Assembly: GCA_964416605.1 (NCBI GenBank)
Contig: CAYQEW010000001.1
Coordinates: forward strand, 1 to 43,299
Length of the DNA stretch: 43,299 nt
DNA from: an uncultured Bacteriovoracaceae bacterium
GTDB taxonomy: Bacteria; Bdellovibrionota; Bacteriovoracia; Bacteriovoracales; Bacteriovoracaceae
Reading direction: 5' to 3'
A program made the position numbers and the translations under genes. Numbering within the stretch: the stretch's first letter is position 1; every line of letters starts with the position of its first letter. A model generated the notes under the pieces. It made no database searches, had not been told where the DNA came from, and saw nothing but the letters and a program-made list of their open reading frames with translations. Positions 1 to 9,860 of this stretch are shown here, one piece after another.

Positions 1-180
1 ACTGACAAAAACATTTTTTTTCATCAGTAAACTTGTTAGAAGAGATCCTGAATCCAAATACTCTTTAAAACAAATCCCTGTCATCGTTGGTATATTCCAA
101 ATAAAATAATCTGTATTCTCATGTTGTATGAGAGTATTGGGATTTATCTGATCTGTTACTTTGGCAAAAGAAAAAATCAT
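1..180 (-). CDS. hypothetical protein, N-terminal 60 codons only (ORF runs off the window start)
   Basis: ATG at 180-178 overlaps the TGA of the upstream gene (ATGA). My hand translation stays open for all 60 codons to position 1 ([35 protein letters not shown]...). No recognisable motif. Confidence 0.3.
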   Translation of the reverse strand, partial: MIFSFAKVTDQINPNTLIQHENTDYFIWNIPTMTGICFKEYLDSGSLLTSLLMKKNVFVS

Positions 181-587
181 AGTCTCGATTTTTCAATAAT
201 AGAAGTCGTCGAATAGCCATTGTGAAAATCTAGCGAGTACACTTCGCCCCCCCAAGCCAACACTTCTTTCGCGCCAACAATCTGATCTATTTTCCAATCG
301 CCACCCTTAACAAGTACTTGTGGTTTTATTTGCATAATAAGATCAAGAGGGGTGTCTTCATCAAAAATAATAACTTCATCGACAGCTTTTAAATTTTCTA
401 AAACAAATTTTCGATCAAGCTCGCTGTTAATGGGACGACTGAGCCCCTTAAGTCTTTTCACACTTGCATCGGAATTCATCCCAACAATTAAATAATTACC
501 TAAGGATTTAGCCTGATTAAGATAGGCAACATGCCCTTTGTGAACGATATCGAAACAGCCATTCGTAAAAACAATTTTGCGATCCAT
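177..587 (-). CDS. hldC: D-glycero-beta-D-manno-heptose 1-phosphate adenylyltransferase (stand-alone RfaE domain II, cytidylyltransferase fold)
   Basis: 136 aa. [19 protein letters not shown] (nucleotidyltransferase HxGH motif), [15 protein letters not shown] and LVKGGDW all match the RfaE/HldE C-terminal domain pattern. Confidence 0.75.
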   Translation of the reverse strand: MDRKIVFTNGCFDIVHKGHVAYLNQAKSLGNYLIVGMNSDASVKRLKGLSRPINSELDRKFVLENLKAVDEVIIFDEDTPLDLIMQIKPQVLVKGGDWKIDQIVGAKEVLAWGGEVYSLDFHNGYSTTSIIEKSRL

Positions 588-1330
588 TATTTCACAATAA
601 CTTTTGTATTCGACAGGACTTCATCTAAACCGAGAATTTGCGGAAAGCCTATAAACACAAGCCCTGCAAGCCCAACACAAGCTCTAGTAAAAGATTTTAT
701 CAACGTTGGCTCTCCATCTTTTACTTCTAGACCTAAGCCCAACAATCTTTTTCCCACCGTATTTCCATCAAAGCGCTCAGAAATTGTAAAATAAACAATA
801 AAGTAAAATAAAAAAAGCGCAGCCGCGACACTCAGAGAGACGAGATTGTAAGGTAACATATCGATACCCGTAAAAAGAATAAAGAAAGCATGAATCAAAA
901 AGAAGCTTCCCATCGTCACCAGAGCAACAAAAAAAAGATCTGTGAAGAAAGCTCCAAGTCGGTGCCCCATATTCACAGCCACTGGAACCTGTCTCACTTC
1001 AAGTATTTCTGAAACATCCTGCTCTATTTCTTTTTGAGAAGAAACAGGAGCTCCATAAAAAGCATGGAGTTCTTCTCGCAGATCAAATTGAAATTGGTTA
1101 TATTCAGAAATTTTTCTTTGATTAACAGGATCAGAAACTTCTTTGTAAGAAGAAATAATAGGAGAAACAGATCTTGTCGTATTTTTTTTCTTATTAAATC
1201 CTAAGCCTGAAGTCAGTGCTTTAAATTCAATTTCATCATCCGCATTATCTATTTTAGGTTTTATTGCCTTAGGAATATGAGGAATAGGCGTAACTGAAGT
1301 TCTATTTTTTAACGAATTATATAATTCCAT
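587..1330 (-). CDS. RDD-family integral membrane protein
   Basis: The C-terminal half has three hydrophobic spans and [13 protein letters not shown], typical of RDD domains. The N-terminal half is low-complexity. Confidence 0.55.
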   Translation of the reverse strand: MELYNSLKNRTSVTPIPHIPKAIKPKIDNADDEIEFKALTSGLGFNKKKNTTRSVSPIISSYKEVSDPVNQRKISEYNQFQFDLREELHAFYGAPVSSQKEIEQDVSEILEVRQVPVAVNMGHRLGAFFTDLFFVALVTMGSFFLIHAFFILFTGIDMLPYNLVSLSVAAALFLFYFIVYFTISERFDGNTVGKRLLGLGLEVKDGEPTLIKSFTRACVGLAGLVFIGFPQILGLDEVLSNTKVIVK

Positions 1331-1369
1331 AACGATTCCCTCTTTCCTTTATAATTAACACTAAAAGCA

Positions 1370-2041
1370 TCATCTCGCCACCAAATTTGTCATTCCTGCC
1401 ACCACCGCAGTGGGCGTTCGAAGAATCGGAAAATCCAAACTCAAACAAAAAGCTCGTCCTTGCAATAATTTAGCTTCATCATCACTCCAGCCTCCCTCGG
1501 GTCCCACAATTAACACGGGAGACTCATCCAATCCACTTATTTTTCCGGAACCTCCTCTGTCCATGTAAACCAAGGTGCGATCTAGGGCTAAAAGAGAATT
1601 TAATTTTTGCGCTGGATGAAGTTTAGGATAAAAATAATGATTGCTCTGCTCCATGGCATTTTCAATAATTTGAAAGTGACGAGTTTTCCATTCAAAATCT
1701 TTTTCCGAATACTGCGTGATAAGAGGAAAAATTTCATAGACTCCGCATTCCACGCTCATGCGCAGTGCCAATTCAAAGGCATCTTTCTTAACCAAAGAAA
1801 GAGCAAGCGCTAAGCGATGTTTATATGCGTAGCAAAATTCTTGGAGAAGATCAAAAATAATCTCATGAGAAGTAATTTGTTGCACTCGTAAATCAAGCAC
1901 AAGTCCTAAGCCATTAAAAGCGCGCAGGATTTCTCCTTTGCGAAGGCGCACAACGCGAATTAAATGATGAAACTGTTCTCCCGTATAGATATTTTTATTT
2001 TTCCAAAAAAGATCATTTTCTTGAATATAAATTGATCTCAT
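1370..2041 (-). CDS. rsmE: 16S rRNA (uracil1498-N3)-methyltransferase
   Basis: 223 aa. Has an N-terminal PUA-like region (HHLIRVVRLRKGE) and the SPOUT motif LIVGPEGGWSDDE. Confidence 0.8.
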   Translation of the reverse strand: MRSIYIQENDLFWKNKNIYTGEQFHHLIRVVRLRKGEILRAFNGLGLVLDLRVQQITSHEIIFDLLQEFCYAYKHRLALALSLVKKDAFELALRMSVECGVYEIFPLITQYSEKDFEWKTRHFQIIENAMEQSNHYFYPKLHPAQKLNSLLALDRTLVYMDRGGSGKISGLDESPVLIVGPEGGWSDDEAKLLQGRAFCLSLDFPILRTPTAVVAGMTNLVAR

Positions 2042-2044
2042 CGT

Positions 2045-2998
2045 TTATTCATTTTTAAATAAAAGAGCAATCCAATCATTTTTCGCCACTCGGTGAATAA
2101 ATTTATACTCACTATAAACTTCTAAAATTTCTTTTTCTTGAGCACGCAAAAGACCCGATAAAATTAAATAACCGCCAGGAGCCACTTGTTTTTGAATTGT
2201 CTGTTTTTCACTGCAAAGCGCATCCAGAAGGATATTGGCAAAAACTAAGTCGTAGTTATTTTTAAATCTTGGTGCAGTCACATCGAGTAGAGTTAAGTGA
2301 GAATCCTCTTGCCAATGATTATGCTCAAGATTCATTTGAGTGTTTTCCATCGCCAAAATATCGATATCATAAAAATCAACTTGAGCAGATTTATGAAAAT
2401 AAAAAAAAGACAAACCTAAAATTCCTGAGCCGCAACCAAAATCAAGACAGCTTTTTAAATCAAGATTGAGAAGTTGATGCATAAGCTTAAGGCAAAGGTA
2501 GGTCGTCTCATGTTGGCCCGTTCCAAAGCCCTGCCCAGGATAAAGAAAAACACCGCTTAAGGGCAAGTGTTTTTCCCAGGAAGGAATAATATGAAAATCT
2601 TGAAAGATTTCAATCGGAGTAAAATTTTTTCGCCAAGAGTTATTCCAATCCTCATCATCTTTAACCATCAACTTAGAGGAAATTAGTTCAATATTTTCTT
2701 GCAAGTAATTAAGCCAGTTTTGAGCATTAAGGGCACTTTCTGATCCCGTAAAATAATAATTAAACTCTCTGGTATCTTGCTCCATCAGAGCTTCAATCTC
2801 TTCGAACATAGCGTCAGGAGGATTTCCTCCTGAGTAAGATCTGTCTCCTAGAATTTCATCTACTCTCGCTTCATCTAAAGCAAATTCCTCTACTCCATCA
2901 CAAGCAAATTCATTCATTGCTTTATGATTTAAGGTATAGGAATCAAATTCTCGGTCCTGTGGAAAAACCACATTAAGTGCATAATAGGTATTTTTCAT
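2045..2998 (-). CDS. prmA: ribosomal protein L11 methyltransferase
   Basis: 317 aa. GTGQHETTYLCL and the SAM motif DFGCGSGILG are present. It lies immediately upstream of rsmE. Confidence 0.85.
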   Translation of the reverse strand: MKNTYYALNVVFPQDREFDSYTLNHKAMNEFACDGVEEFALDEARVDEILGDRSYSGGNPPDAMFEEIEALMEQDTREFNYYFTGSESALNAQNWLNYLQENIELISSKLMVKDDEDWNNSWRKNFTPIEIFQDFHIIPSWEKHLPLSGVFLYPGQGFGTGQHETTYLCLKLMHQLLNLDLKSCLDFGCGSGILGLSFFYFHKSAQVDFYDIDILAMENTQMNLEHNHWQEDSHLTLLDVTAPRFKNNYDLVFANILLDALCSEKQTIQKQVAPGGYLILSGLLRAQEKEILEVYSEYKFIHRVAKNDWIALLFKNE

Positions 2999-3087
2999 GG
3001 ATAAATATTACATCCTCTCGCAATAAAATTCCAAATATTCTTAAAACAAGGTAGTATTTTCATATTAATCTTAAAACGAGAGTCTAT

Positions 3088-3726
3088 ATGTATATTATCG
3101 CTATTGCAGGTGGATCGGGATCGGGAAAAACAACCTTTGCCTACAAAGTCCTCAAAGAGCTTCCAGCGGAGAAAGCCTTTATTTTATCCATGGACTCCTA
3201 TTATTTATCTGAACCACCCAAAGAACATTATACTTCAACGGGCCATCCCAATTTTGATCACCCTGAATCTTTTGATTGGAAACTTCTAGCAACCCATATT
3301 GCTGAACTCAAAAAAGGTAATTCTATTGAAATGCCTCATTACTGTTTTAAATCTCACCGGCGTTTAGAAGAAACGCAAACCGTCCATCCTACGCCTATTA
3401 TTATCTTTGAAGGGATTTTCTCTCTCTTTGATGAAAAAATTCGCACGCTTATGGATTTAAAATGTTTCCTCCATGTCGATGCAGATATTCGTTTTACAAG
3501 AAGACTTCATCGCGATTTGCATGAGCGCGGACGCTCTTTAGATTCTATTATGGCTCAATATTATGAGACCGTGCGTCCAATGTATCAAAAATTTTTAGAC
3601 CCACAAAAGCAATATGCCAATATTATTATTGGCGAAGAAACAGACACTGCTGCGGTTGTCGTCGCTGCGAGACTGAAAGAAATTATTCTTGAGCAAAAAA
3701 ACGAAGATACAACTCGTGAAGCCTGA
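3088..3726 (+). CDS. udk: uridine kinase
   Basis: 212 aa. P-loop IAIAGGSGSGKTT, then DSYY and FEGI blocks characteristic of Udk. Confidence 0.9.
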   Translation: MYIIAIAGGSGSGKTTFAYKVLKELPAEKAFILSMDSYYLSEPPKEHYTSTGHPNFDHPESFDWKLLATHIAELKKGNSIEMPHYCFKSHRRLEETQTVHPTPIIIFEGIFSLFDEKIRTLMDLKCFLHVDADIRFTRRLHRDLHERGRSLDSIMAQYYETVRPMYQKFLDPQKQYANIIIGEETDTAAVVVAARLKEIILEQKNEDTTREA

Positions 3727-5344
3727 TTTTAATGCGATCTTGCGAGTCCAGCCCCTCGGTGGACTCAGTCAGATTGGCTCCAACCTCACTCTTTTAAAAC
3801 AAAAAAAACGATGGATTATTATTGATGCGGGTATTCTCTTTCCCAATGATGATACCTTTGAAATTAATTATCTTATTCCTGATCTCAGCGTCATTGATAA
3901 AGATCTCGTCACCGATATTGTCATCACTCACGGCCACGAGGATCATATTGGAGCCATTCATCATATCGTCAATCATTTCCCCCACATTGTTATTTGGGCT
4001 ACGCCCTTCACCGCGGATCTTATTCGCGATAAATTGAACTATAAAAATCTGAAAGCAAAAATCGAAATTTTTCACCCACATAGTGTTCTTACTTTTAACG
4101 ATCTGATCATTCATCCTATCGAAGTTAATCATTCCATACCGGAAACCAACGGTTTTTTTATTGAGCACAAAAATAAAAACTTTGCTCTTTTCTTTGCTTC
4201 TGATTTTAAATACGATTTCACCCCTCTTTATGAGGCTGGAATCAATGTAGAAAAACTTAAAACGCTGGCTAGCTCTGTCAAAAAAAATATTGCCATGCTC
4301 GATAGCACCAATATTCTCAGCAAAGGCAAAACCAAAAGTGAAACTGATCTCGTGAGCGATATTGCAGAGCACATTAAAAATGCTCCTTCTCGTATTTTTA
4401 TTACTTTATTTTCTTCCAATATTTATCGCATTCAGACAATTTTTAATGTCGCTAAAAAACAAAATAAAAAAATTATTCTTTTAGGACGAAGTCTTGAGCG
4501 CTATATCGACAATGCGAGAAGAAATAATGTCCTGCACTTTGATGAGTCACAACTTCGATCCATAAACAGTATCAGCAATCCTCATGAGGCGATCTATCTT
4601 GTCTCTGGATGTCAGGGAGATTTTTTCAGTGCGCTTAGACGTCTCGCCTACAATGAATATGGCGATATCAAACTCACTCCTTTTGACACCGTGATTTTTA
4701 GCTCTAAAACCATTCCAGGCAATGAAAAAAAACTCAGTGCTATTTACAATAAAATTTCGGAAATAGGCAGTACCATTGTCCTTGACTCCGAGGCAAACCT
4801 TCACGCCTCAGGACATCCTGGACAAGATGATCTTAAGGCACTTCTGGAGCACTATAGGCCCGACGAGTATATCCCCATACACGGCGAAAGTTTTTTTCTT
4901 AAGCGTCATCAAGAATTTATCAATCAAAACTATCCGCATATCAAAACTCATTTAATGTTTAACGCAGATGAATTAATTATCAACGAAAGTGGTGAAACCA
5001 AACTCGTCAAAGGACATTCGCTTGAACCGATTCTTATTCACGGCAATGATTTAGTTATTGAGCGCGAAAAAGTTTCTCAAAGACGCAAAATGGCAGGCAG
5101 TGGTGCCGTCTTTATAACTCTTGATGGCAAAAAACATTTCATCAAAATATCTCATATGGGTCTTCCCTCTTTTATGGATCATGAGATTGAAAATTTTTGT
5201 AAAACTATTTTTGATTTTTACCTCAAAGAACTCACCAAGAAAAATGAGTCCGTCGCCAAAGAAGAGATTCGAGTTTTTACGAGAAGACTGTATAATAATC
5301 TTCTCGGCTATAAACCCGTGGTCGAAACGCATTTAATAATGTAG
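3689..5344 (+). CDS. rnj: ribonuclease J (metallo-beta-lactamase / beta-CASP)
   Basis: PLGGLSQIGSN, ITHGHEDHIGA (HxHxDH) and HASGHPGQDDL (beta-CASP motif C). The start is ambiguous: TTG at 3689 or GTG at 3716. Both overlap the end of udk. Confidence 0.85.
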   Translation: MSKKTKIQLVKPDFNAILRVQPLGGLSQIGSNLTLLKQKKRWIIIDAGILFPNDDTFEINYLIPDLSVIDKDLVTDIVITHGHEDHIGAIHHIVNHFPHIVIWATPFTADLIRDKLNYKNLKAKIEIFHPHSVLTFNDLIIHPIEVNHSIPETNGFFIEHKNKNFALFFASDFKYDFTPLYEAGINVEKLKTLASSVKKNIAMLDSTNILSKGKTKSETDLVSDIAEHIKNAPSRIFITLFSSNIYRIQTIFNVAKKQNKKIILLGRSLERYIDNARRNNVLHFDESQLRSINSISNPHEAIYLVSGCQGDFFSALRRLAYNEYGDIKLTPFDTVIFSSKTIPGNEKKLSAIYNKISEIGSTIVLDSEANLHASGHPGQDDLKALLEHYRPDEYIPIHGESFFLKRHQEFINQNYPHIKTHLMFNADELIINESGETKLVKGHSLEPILIHGNDLVIEREKVSQRRKMAGSGAVFITLDGKKHFIKISHMGLPSFMDHEIENFCKTIFDFYLKELTKKNESVAKEEIRVFTRRLYNNLLGYKPVVETHLIM

Positions 5345-6871
5345 CGAAGGCTCTTGAAACTTGCTCACATCAATTATTTTTACTTTTTCTAAATACTGTT
5401 TAAAAGCTTCACTGTCAGAAAAAGGAGTGCTCTGGAAACTGAGAACATTTGTCATAACAGGAAAATGAGCTCCTCCTGAAGCGAGATAATTAATAGTGAC
5501 TATTTTAAATGTAGTTGAATCATCCTCTACAACTTTTTGACCAGCAACTTCCAATGAATCGATTTTAGACTCTCTCATTTTGATTTTAATACCAGCACAA
5601 TTTAAGCTAGGACTAATGACTTTTGCAAAATAATCATAAAGCTCTCTACCGGTTAGATGAAATGTTACGAGTTGATTTTGAAAAGGCATCATTTCTAAAA
5701 TATCTTTGTACGTTATTATATTCTTTTTCCAATCAACTCGTAGAGCTCCTAGGTTTAAAATTCCTATATCTGAATTCGTCATGCTTCGATAAGACTCTGT
5801 TAAAATTCTTCCTCCATTGCTTTCTTTATCATTCGCACTCGGTCTTCCTAAAACGGCTTCGGTGACTCTTCCAATTTCTTGACTGACTAAAACATCAACT
5901 TTCTCATAGAATGGTCTCAATAATTTTAACATCTCTGCATCTTCTGGTATGTATTGTCCGATTAACTCTTCTTTATTTTTTATATTGACCGGGATTAGTT
6001 CATATTTTTTAACAATTTTTTTCCCATTAACAAATTCTAAATCTAGCCGACCCAGATACTTGCCCCACTCATAAGCCTGTAAAATATATGTTCCATTCAT
6101 AATTGTTGGTTTTAAAAGTGGAATTTGAGTATGCCCACCTACAATAATATCAATACCGTGTGTTTGAGCTGCTAATTGTATATCTCCAGGATATAATCTT
6201 TCTGGCTGTTCATTGTCATAGTGCCCCATATGAGTGACCGCAAAAACTAAATCTGTTTTTTTATCTAATAAAGGCAAAATATTTTGAGCAGCTTGAATAG
6301 GTGATACAAAATCAAACGCCGACATATTTTCTGGTCGACTAATCATCGGTGTTTCATTCGTGGTAAAACCAATAATACCGACTTTAAGATCATCTATTTT
6401 TTTTATTATATAAGGTTTAAATGCATGAACTTGAGTATTTTTTTTAAAAATATTGGCTGCCAAGAAAGGAAACTTGGCAAGTTTTATTTGTTGATAAAGA
6501 ATGTTAGTGGGTTTATCAAACTCATGATTTCCAATAGCCATCGCATCTAGCTTTAAAGCGTTCATACCTAATATATCTGGCACTGCATCTTGCAGGTCAG
6601 ATTCAGGAGTTCCGGTATTTAAATCTCCTCCATCGAGATAGAGAGTTTGCCCGCCAGACTTTTGTACTTCTTGGCGAATTTTATTTATTAAAGTAGCTCT
6701 CGCCGCCATACCATATTCATCTTTGCTATTTTTCCAAAAACGTCCATGATGATCATTCGTATGAAGAATCGTTATTTTATAAATCTTATTTTGAGTAAAT
6801 CCAAAAGTTGTGTCCGATAATAATACACATGAAACAGTGAAAATAGACAAAACTAAAAATATTTTTCTCAT
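5333..6871 (-). CDS. bifunctional 5'-nucleotidase / UDP-sugar hydrolase family lipoprotein (calcineurin-like phosphoesterase + 5'-nucleotidase C domain)
   Basis: Signal peptide with TVSC lipobox, plus ILHTNDHHGRF, GGDLNTG and GNHEFD metallophosphatase motifs. Confidence 0.8.
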   Translation of the reverse strand: MRKIFLVLSIFTVSCVLLSDTTFGFTQNKIYKITILHTNDHHGRFWKNSKDEYGMAARATLINKIRQEVQKSGGQTLYLDGGDLNTGTPESDLQDAVPDILGMNALKLDAMAIGNHEFDKPTNILYQQIKLAKFPFLAANIFKKNTQVHAFKPYIIKKIDDLKVGIIGFTTNETPMISRPENMSAFDFVSPIQAAQNILPLLDKKTDLVFAVTHMGHYDNEQPERLYPGDIQLAAQTHGIDIIVGGHTQIPLLKPTIMNGTYILQAYEWGKYLGRLDLEFVNGKKIVKKYELIPVNIKNKEELIGQYIPEDAEMLKLLRPFYEKVDVLVSQEIGRVTEAVLGRPSANDKESNGGRILTESYRSMTNSDIGILNLGALRVDWKKNIITYKDILEMMPFQNQLVTFHLTGRELYDYFAKVISPSLNCAGIKIKMRESKIDSLEVAGQKVVEDDSTTFKIVTINYLASGGAHFPVMTNVLSFQSTPFSDSEAFKQYLEKVKIIDVSKFQEPSLHY

Positions 6872-7204
6872 ATACCCTCCGGTAAATTTTTTTCAATAAC
6901 CAGAGGCTTTATGCCTTAACAAGCAAAATATCGTCAATTAATATGAAATCATTTTGAAACTAATTTGAAATCACTCTTTGAGACAATCTTCATCGGTATT
7001 ATAATCATTCTAAAAATTTGCTCTCAATAAATACCAATGCCCATAACCTAGATCTAAAATCTAAGCACAATAGTAATGAAATTATTATTACAGAGATCCA
7101 AGAAAGACTCAAAAAAGAACTACAATGAATTGTAAAGTTTACATCGTCCATTGCATAAAAATTAATCTTTGTTACGCTTTGAATATAAAACACAAGGAGA
7201 AATT

Positions 7205-7513
7205 ATGAAAAAAATAGCATTACTTATTATGACAGGATTTATTTTTTCTAGCACTTTCGCCAATATCACGCACGTTAATTGTCTTGCTAATACACCCAGT
7301 GAATTAAAATCTCCTGCTGGCTCAGGATACTGGCCCGGAAATCTTCCCACACCTAGTTTTGACACCAAGGATTATAAAATATCATCAGATAACAGCTTGC
7401 CAAATGGTATTGTTCGCTTCTCTTCAACCTCTCTTGATGAAGAATCTTTAAAAGCAAAATTGGCAGAAAAAAATATTAAGGTTCGTGGCTGTAAAACAGA
7501 CATCTATGAATAG
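7205..7513 (+). CDS. small secreted hypothetical protein (two Cys)
   Basis: AAGGAGA lies 5 nt upstream of the ATG at 7205. Signal peptide MKKIALLIMTGFIFSSTFA. No known motif. The longer track ORF starting at 7169 lacks an RBS. Confidence 0.5.
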   Translation: MKKIALLIMTGFIFSSTFANITHVNCLANTPSELKSPAGSGYWPGNLPTPSFDTKDYKISSDNSLPNGIVRFSSTSLDEESLKAKLAEKNIKVRGCKTDIYE

Positions 7514-7519
7514 ATTTTT

Positions 7520-8011
7520 TTATTTTTTAAGAATTTCCTCAATCGCTTTATCTTGAAAATCAACTTTGCCATCTTTAAAATAAACCAGCTTCCCTTTTTT
7601 AAAAATAAGGGTCGCTGGAATATCGCTAATGCCAAAAAGTTCTGTCGTAATTTTTAAGTTAGGATCATTGATTGATTCAAAATTGAGATTTAATTTTTTA
7701 ACAATATCTTTAAGTTTTTTAGACGACTCATCATCATTATTAATACCCACCAACGTCAGTTTATCCTTGTTCGCATTATAAAACTTAATGAGAGAAGGGA
7801 GTTCTTCTTTACAGGGGCCACACCAAGAGGCCCAAAAATTCAGCAATAAAAGATCGGGCATTTTTTTGATAAGATTAATATCTTTACCATTGATTGATTT
7901 TTTATGAATTAATTTTACGGCAGCTTCATATTTAACGGCATTTTTGATAGGCTCAGCAAAACTTATTTGAGCGAACAAGAGAAAAAGAATGAAAAATCTT
8001 ATTGATACCAC
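7520..8011 (-). CDS. TlpA/ResA-like periplasmic thiol:disulfide oxidoreductase (thioredoxin fold)
   Basis: Signal peptide followed by the active site WASWCGPCKEELP. Confidence 0.8.
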   Translation of the reverse strand: MVSIRFFILFLLFAQISFAEPIKNAVKYEAAVKLIHKKSINGKDINLIKKMPDLLLLNFWASWCGPCKEELPSLIKFYNANKDKLTLVGINNDDESSKKLKDIVKKLNLNFESINDPNLKITTELFGISDIPATLIFKKGKLVYFKDGKVDFQDKAIEEILKK

Positions 8012-8035
8012 GGGCTTTTCCTTTACAATATACCT

Positions 8036-8239
8036 ATGCCTCTAAAGTATAACACAAATGATAAAAAGAAAGCACAGTCTGGTCAAACAGTGGTCGAATT
8101 TGTTCTTCTGATGTTTGTGATATTAGCTATATCCCTAGGTTTTCTTAAAGTTATCAACACCAATCTCGCTAAAATGTGGAAAAATGCTGCCATCTTTATT
8201 GTCAATGACCCCTCTCAAAATTCCAAACTAGATCTTTAA
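8036..8239 (+). CDS. putative Flp/TadE-type (class III signal peptide) prepilin-like protein
   Basis: 67 aa. A charged leader is followed by SG/QTVVEF and a hydrophobic helix VLLMFVILAISLGFL. This fits the G/XXXXE[YF] Flp-family processing motif. Confidence 0.4.
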   Translation: MPLKYNTNDKKKAQSGQTVVEFVLLMFVILAISLGFLKVINTNLAKMWKNAAIFIVNDPSQNSKLDL

Positions 8240-8249
8240 AGGAATCATT

Positions 8250-9737
8250 ATGAAAAAATATATTTTAGCTATCGATCAAGGAACGACAAGTTCGCGCGCA
8301 GTGCTTGCAGACAGCGACACTCTACAAGTGATTGATCATGCAGGTTTTGAATACCCTCAGATTTATCCCAAAGCCAGTTGGGTCGAGCACGATCTGCACG
8401 ATATTTGGCATTCCGTAGAAAAATCTGTTCTCGCTCTTTTACATAAAACTCAGATTGCGAGTTCACAAATTGTTGGCATTGGAATTACCAATCAACGCGA
8501 AACAACCTGTGCCTATAATAAACAAGGTGAGCCTCTGGCTCACGCAATCGTCTGGCAAGATAAACGAACCAGTGACTACTGTTCTGAGCAAAAAAAATAC
8601 TCTGATTTTTTTAAACAAAAAACAGGCCTTCCTCTTGATCCCTATTTTTCCGCCACCAAAATGAAATGGCTTCTGGAAAATGATAAACATGTGCAAGATG
8701 CCTATAGAAAAAAAGATTTGTGTTTATCCACGATTGATAGCTTCCTTCTTTATAGATTAACCAATGGTCAAAGCTTTGCCACGGACACAAGCAATGCTTC
8801 GCGTACTCTACTTTTTAATTTAGAAACTAAGTCTTGGGATGAAGAACTCTGTGCTTTTTTTGCAATCGATTCCAACCTTCTTCCTACTATTCAAAATTCT
8901 TTTTCTTTTTTTGGCAAAACCTCTCATTGCTCATTTCTTCCCGATGGCATTCCCATTCATGCTATTCTTGGCGATCAACAATCAGCGCTTTTTGGACAAG
9001 GTTGCTTTGAAGCAGGTGAAACCAAATGTACTTATGGTACAGGTGCTTTTCTATTGAAAAATACGGGCGACAAAATTATTCACTCTCAAAATGGACTTCT
9101 TACCACCGTCGCTTTTTCTGATGAACACAAAACTTACTACGCCCTCGAAGGCTCTTCTTTTATTGCCGGAGCAGCGGTTTCATGGCTTCGCGATCAATTA
9201 GGTATTATTAAAAAATCATCGCAAATTAATGAGCTGGCGAGTCTCAGTGATTTTACCAAATGCCAGGATATTTTTTTCTTCCCTTATTTTTCAGGCATAG
9301 GAAGTCCCTACTGGAATTCTCATGCCAAAGCCAGTATTCATGGTCTTTCTAGAGATTCAGGCAAAAATGAAATTGCCTACGCTTGTCTAGAAGGAATCGC
9401 CATGAGCGTAAGTGATCTGGTCAGTGTGATGGATCAAGAGTTTTCACAAGCTCCAACCCATTCTCTTAATGTCGATGGCGGTGCTTGCGCCAATAATCTC
9501 ATGATGCAAATGCAAGCAAGTATCTGTGAAAAAAACATTATTCGCCCTCAAAACATTGAAACAACTGCACTAGGTGTTATTTTAGGTGTTCACTATTTTC
9601 AATCCAAAAAAACTCTCAGCGAAATTAAAAAAAATCTCCAAATAGACACTGTCTTTTCTCCGGAAGAAAATAACTTCAATTACTACCGCGATAAAAAAAC
9701 ACGTTGGAAACAAATCATTGAAAAATATTATATTTGA
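8250..9737 (+). CDS. glpK: glycerol kinase
   Basis: 495 aa. ILAIDQGTTSSRAV, GITNQRETT and GDQQSALFGQ are classic FGGY/GlpK blocks. Confidence 0.95.
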   Translation: MKKYILAIDQGTTSSRAVLADSDTLQVIDHAGFEYPQIYPKASWVEHDLHDIWHSVEKSVLALLHKTQIASSQIVGIGITNQRETTCAYNKQGEPLAHAIVWQDKRTSDYCSEQKKYSDFFKQKTGLPLDPYFSATKMKWLLENDKHVQDAYRKKDLCLSTIDSFLLYRLTNGQSFATDTSNASRTLLFNLETKSWDEELCAFFAIDSNLLPTIQNSFSFFGKTSHCSFLPDGIPIHAILGDQQSALFGQGCFEAGETKCTYGTGAFLLKNTGDKIIHSQNGLLTTVAFSDEHKTYYALEGSSFIAGAAVSWLRDQLGIIKKSSQINELASLSDFTKCQDIFFFPYFSGIGSPYWNSHAKASIHGLSRDSGKNEIAYACLEGIAMSVSDLVSVMDQEFSQAPTHSLNVDGGACANNLMMQMQASICEKNIIRPQNIETTALGVILGVHYFQSKKTLSEIKKNLQIDTVFSPEENNFNYYRDKKTRWKQIIEKYYI

Positions 9738-9773
9738 CAAGAAGCCTCGAAGATATCTATAACACATCGATAC

Positions 9774-9858
9774 AAACCTGCGGGTGCCGCCTCATAAGAG
9801 GTGGCTGAGAAATACCGCTATAACTTGAATAGGCTAATACCTACGTAAGGAAGGAATC
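9774..9858 (+). promoter_or_regulatory. TPP (THI-box) riboswitch
   Basis: CGGGUGCC, then an 8-bp stem (gccgcctc/gaggtggc), then CUGAGA..UACCGC...CUUGAAUAGGCUAAUACCUACGUAAGGAAGG. This follows the THI-box consensus (GGGGUGC..CUGAGA..ACCC..CUGAUCUGGAUAAUGCCAGCGUAGGGAA). The 3' end overlaps the SD (aggaagg) of the downstream transporter gene. Confidence 0.8.
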
Positions 9859-9860
9859 AC

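Noticed and set aside
3794-4372. A 192-aa antisense ORF inside the RNase J gene, and similar antisense or shadow ORFs (e.g. 21487..21906, 30739..31044, 31161..31433, 37243..37553, 38277..38606, 14105..14455)
   Set aside because: Each lies wholly within a well-supported gene on the other strand or in another frame. They lack recognisable motifs and have low-complexity, frame-shadow-like composition.
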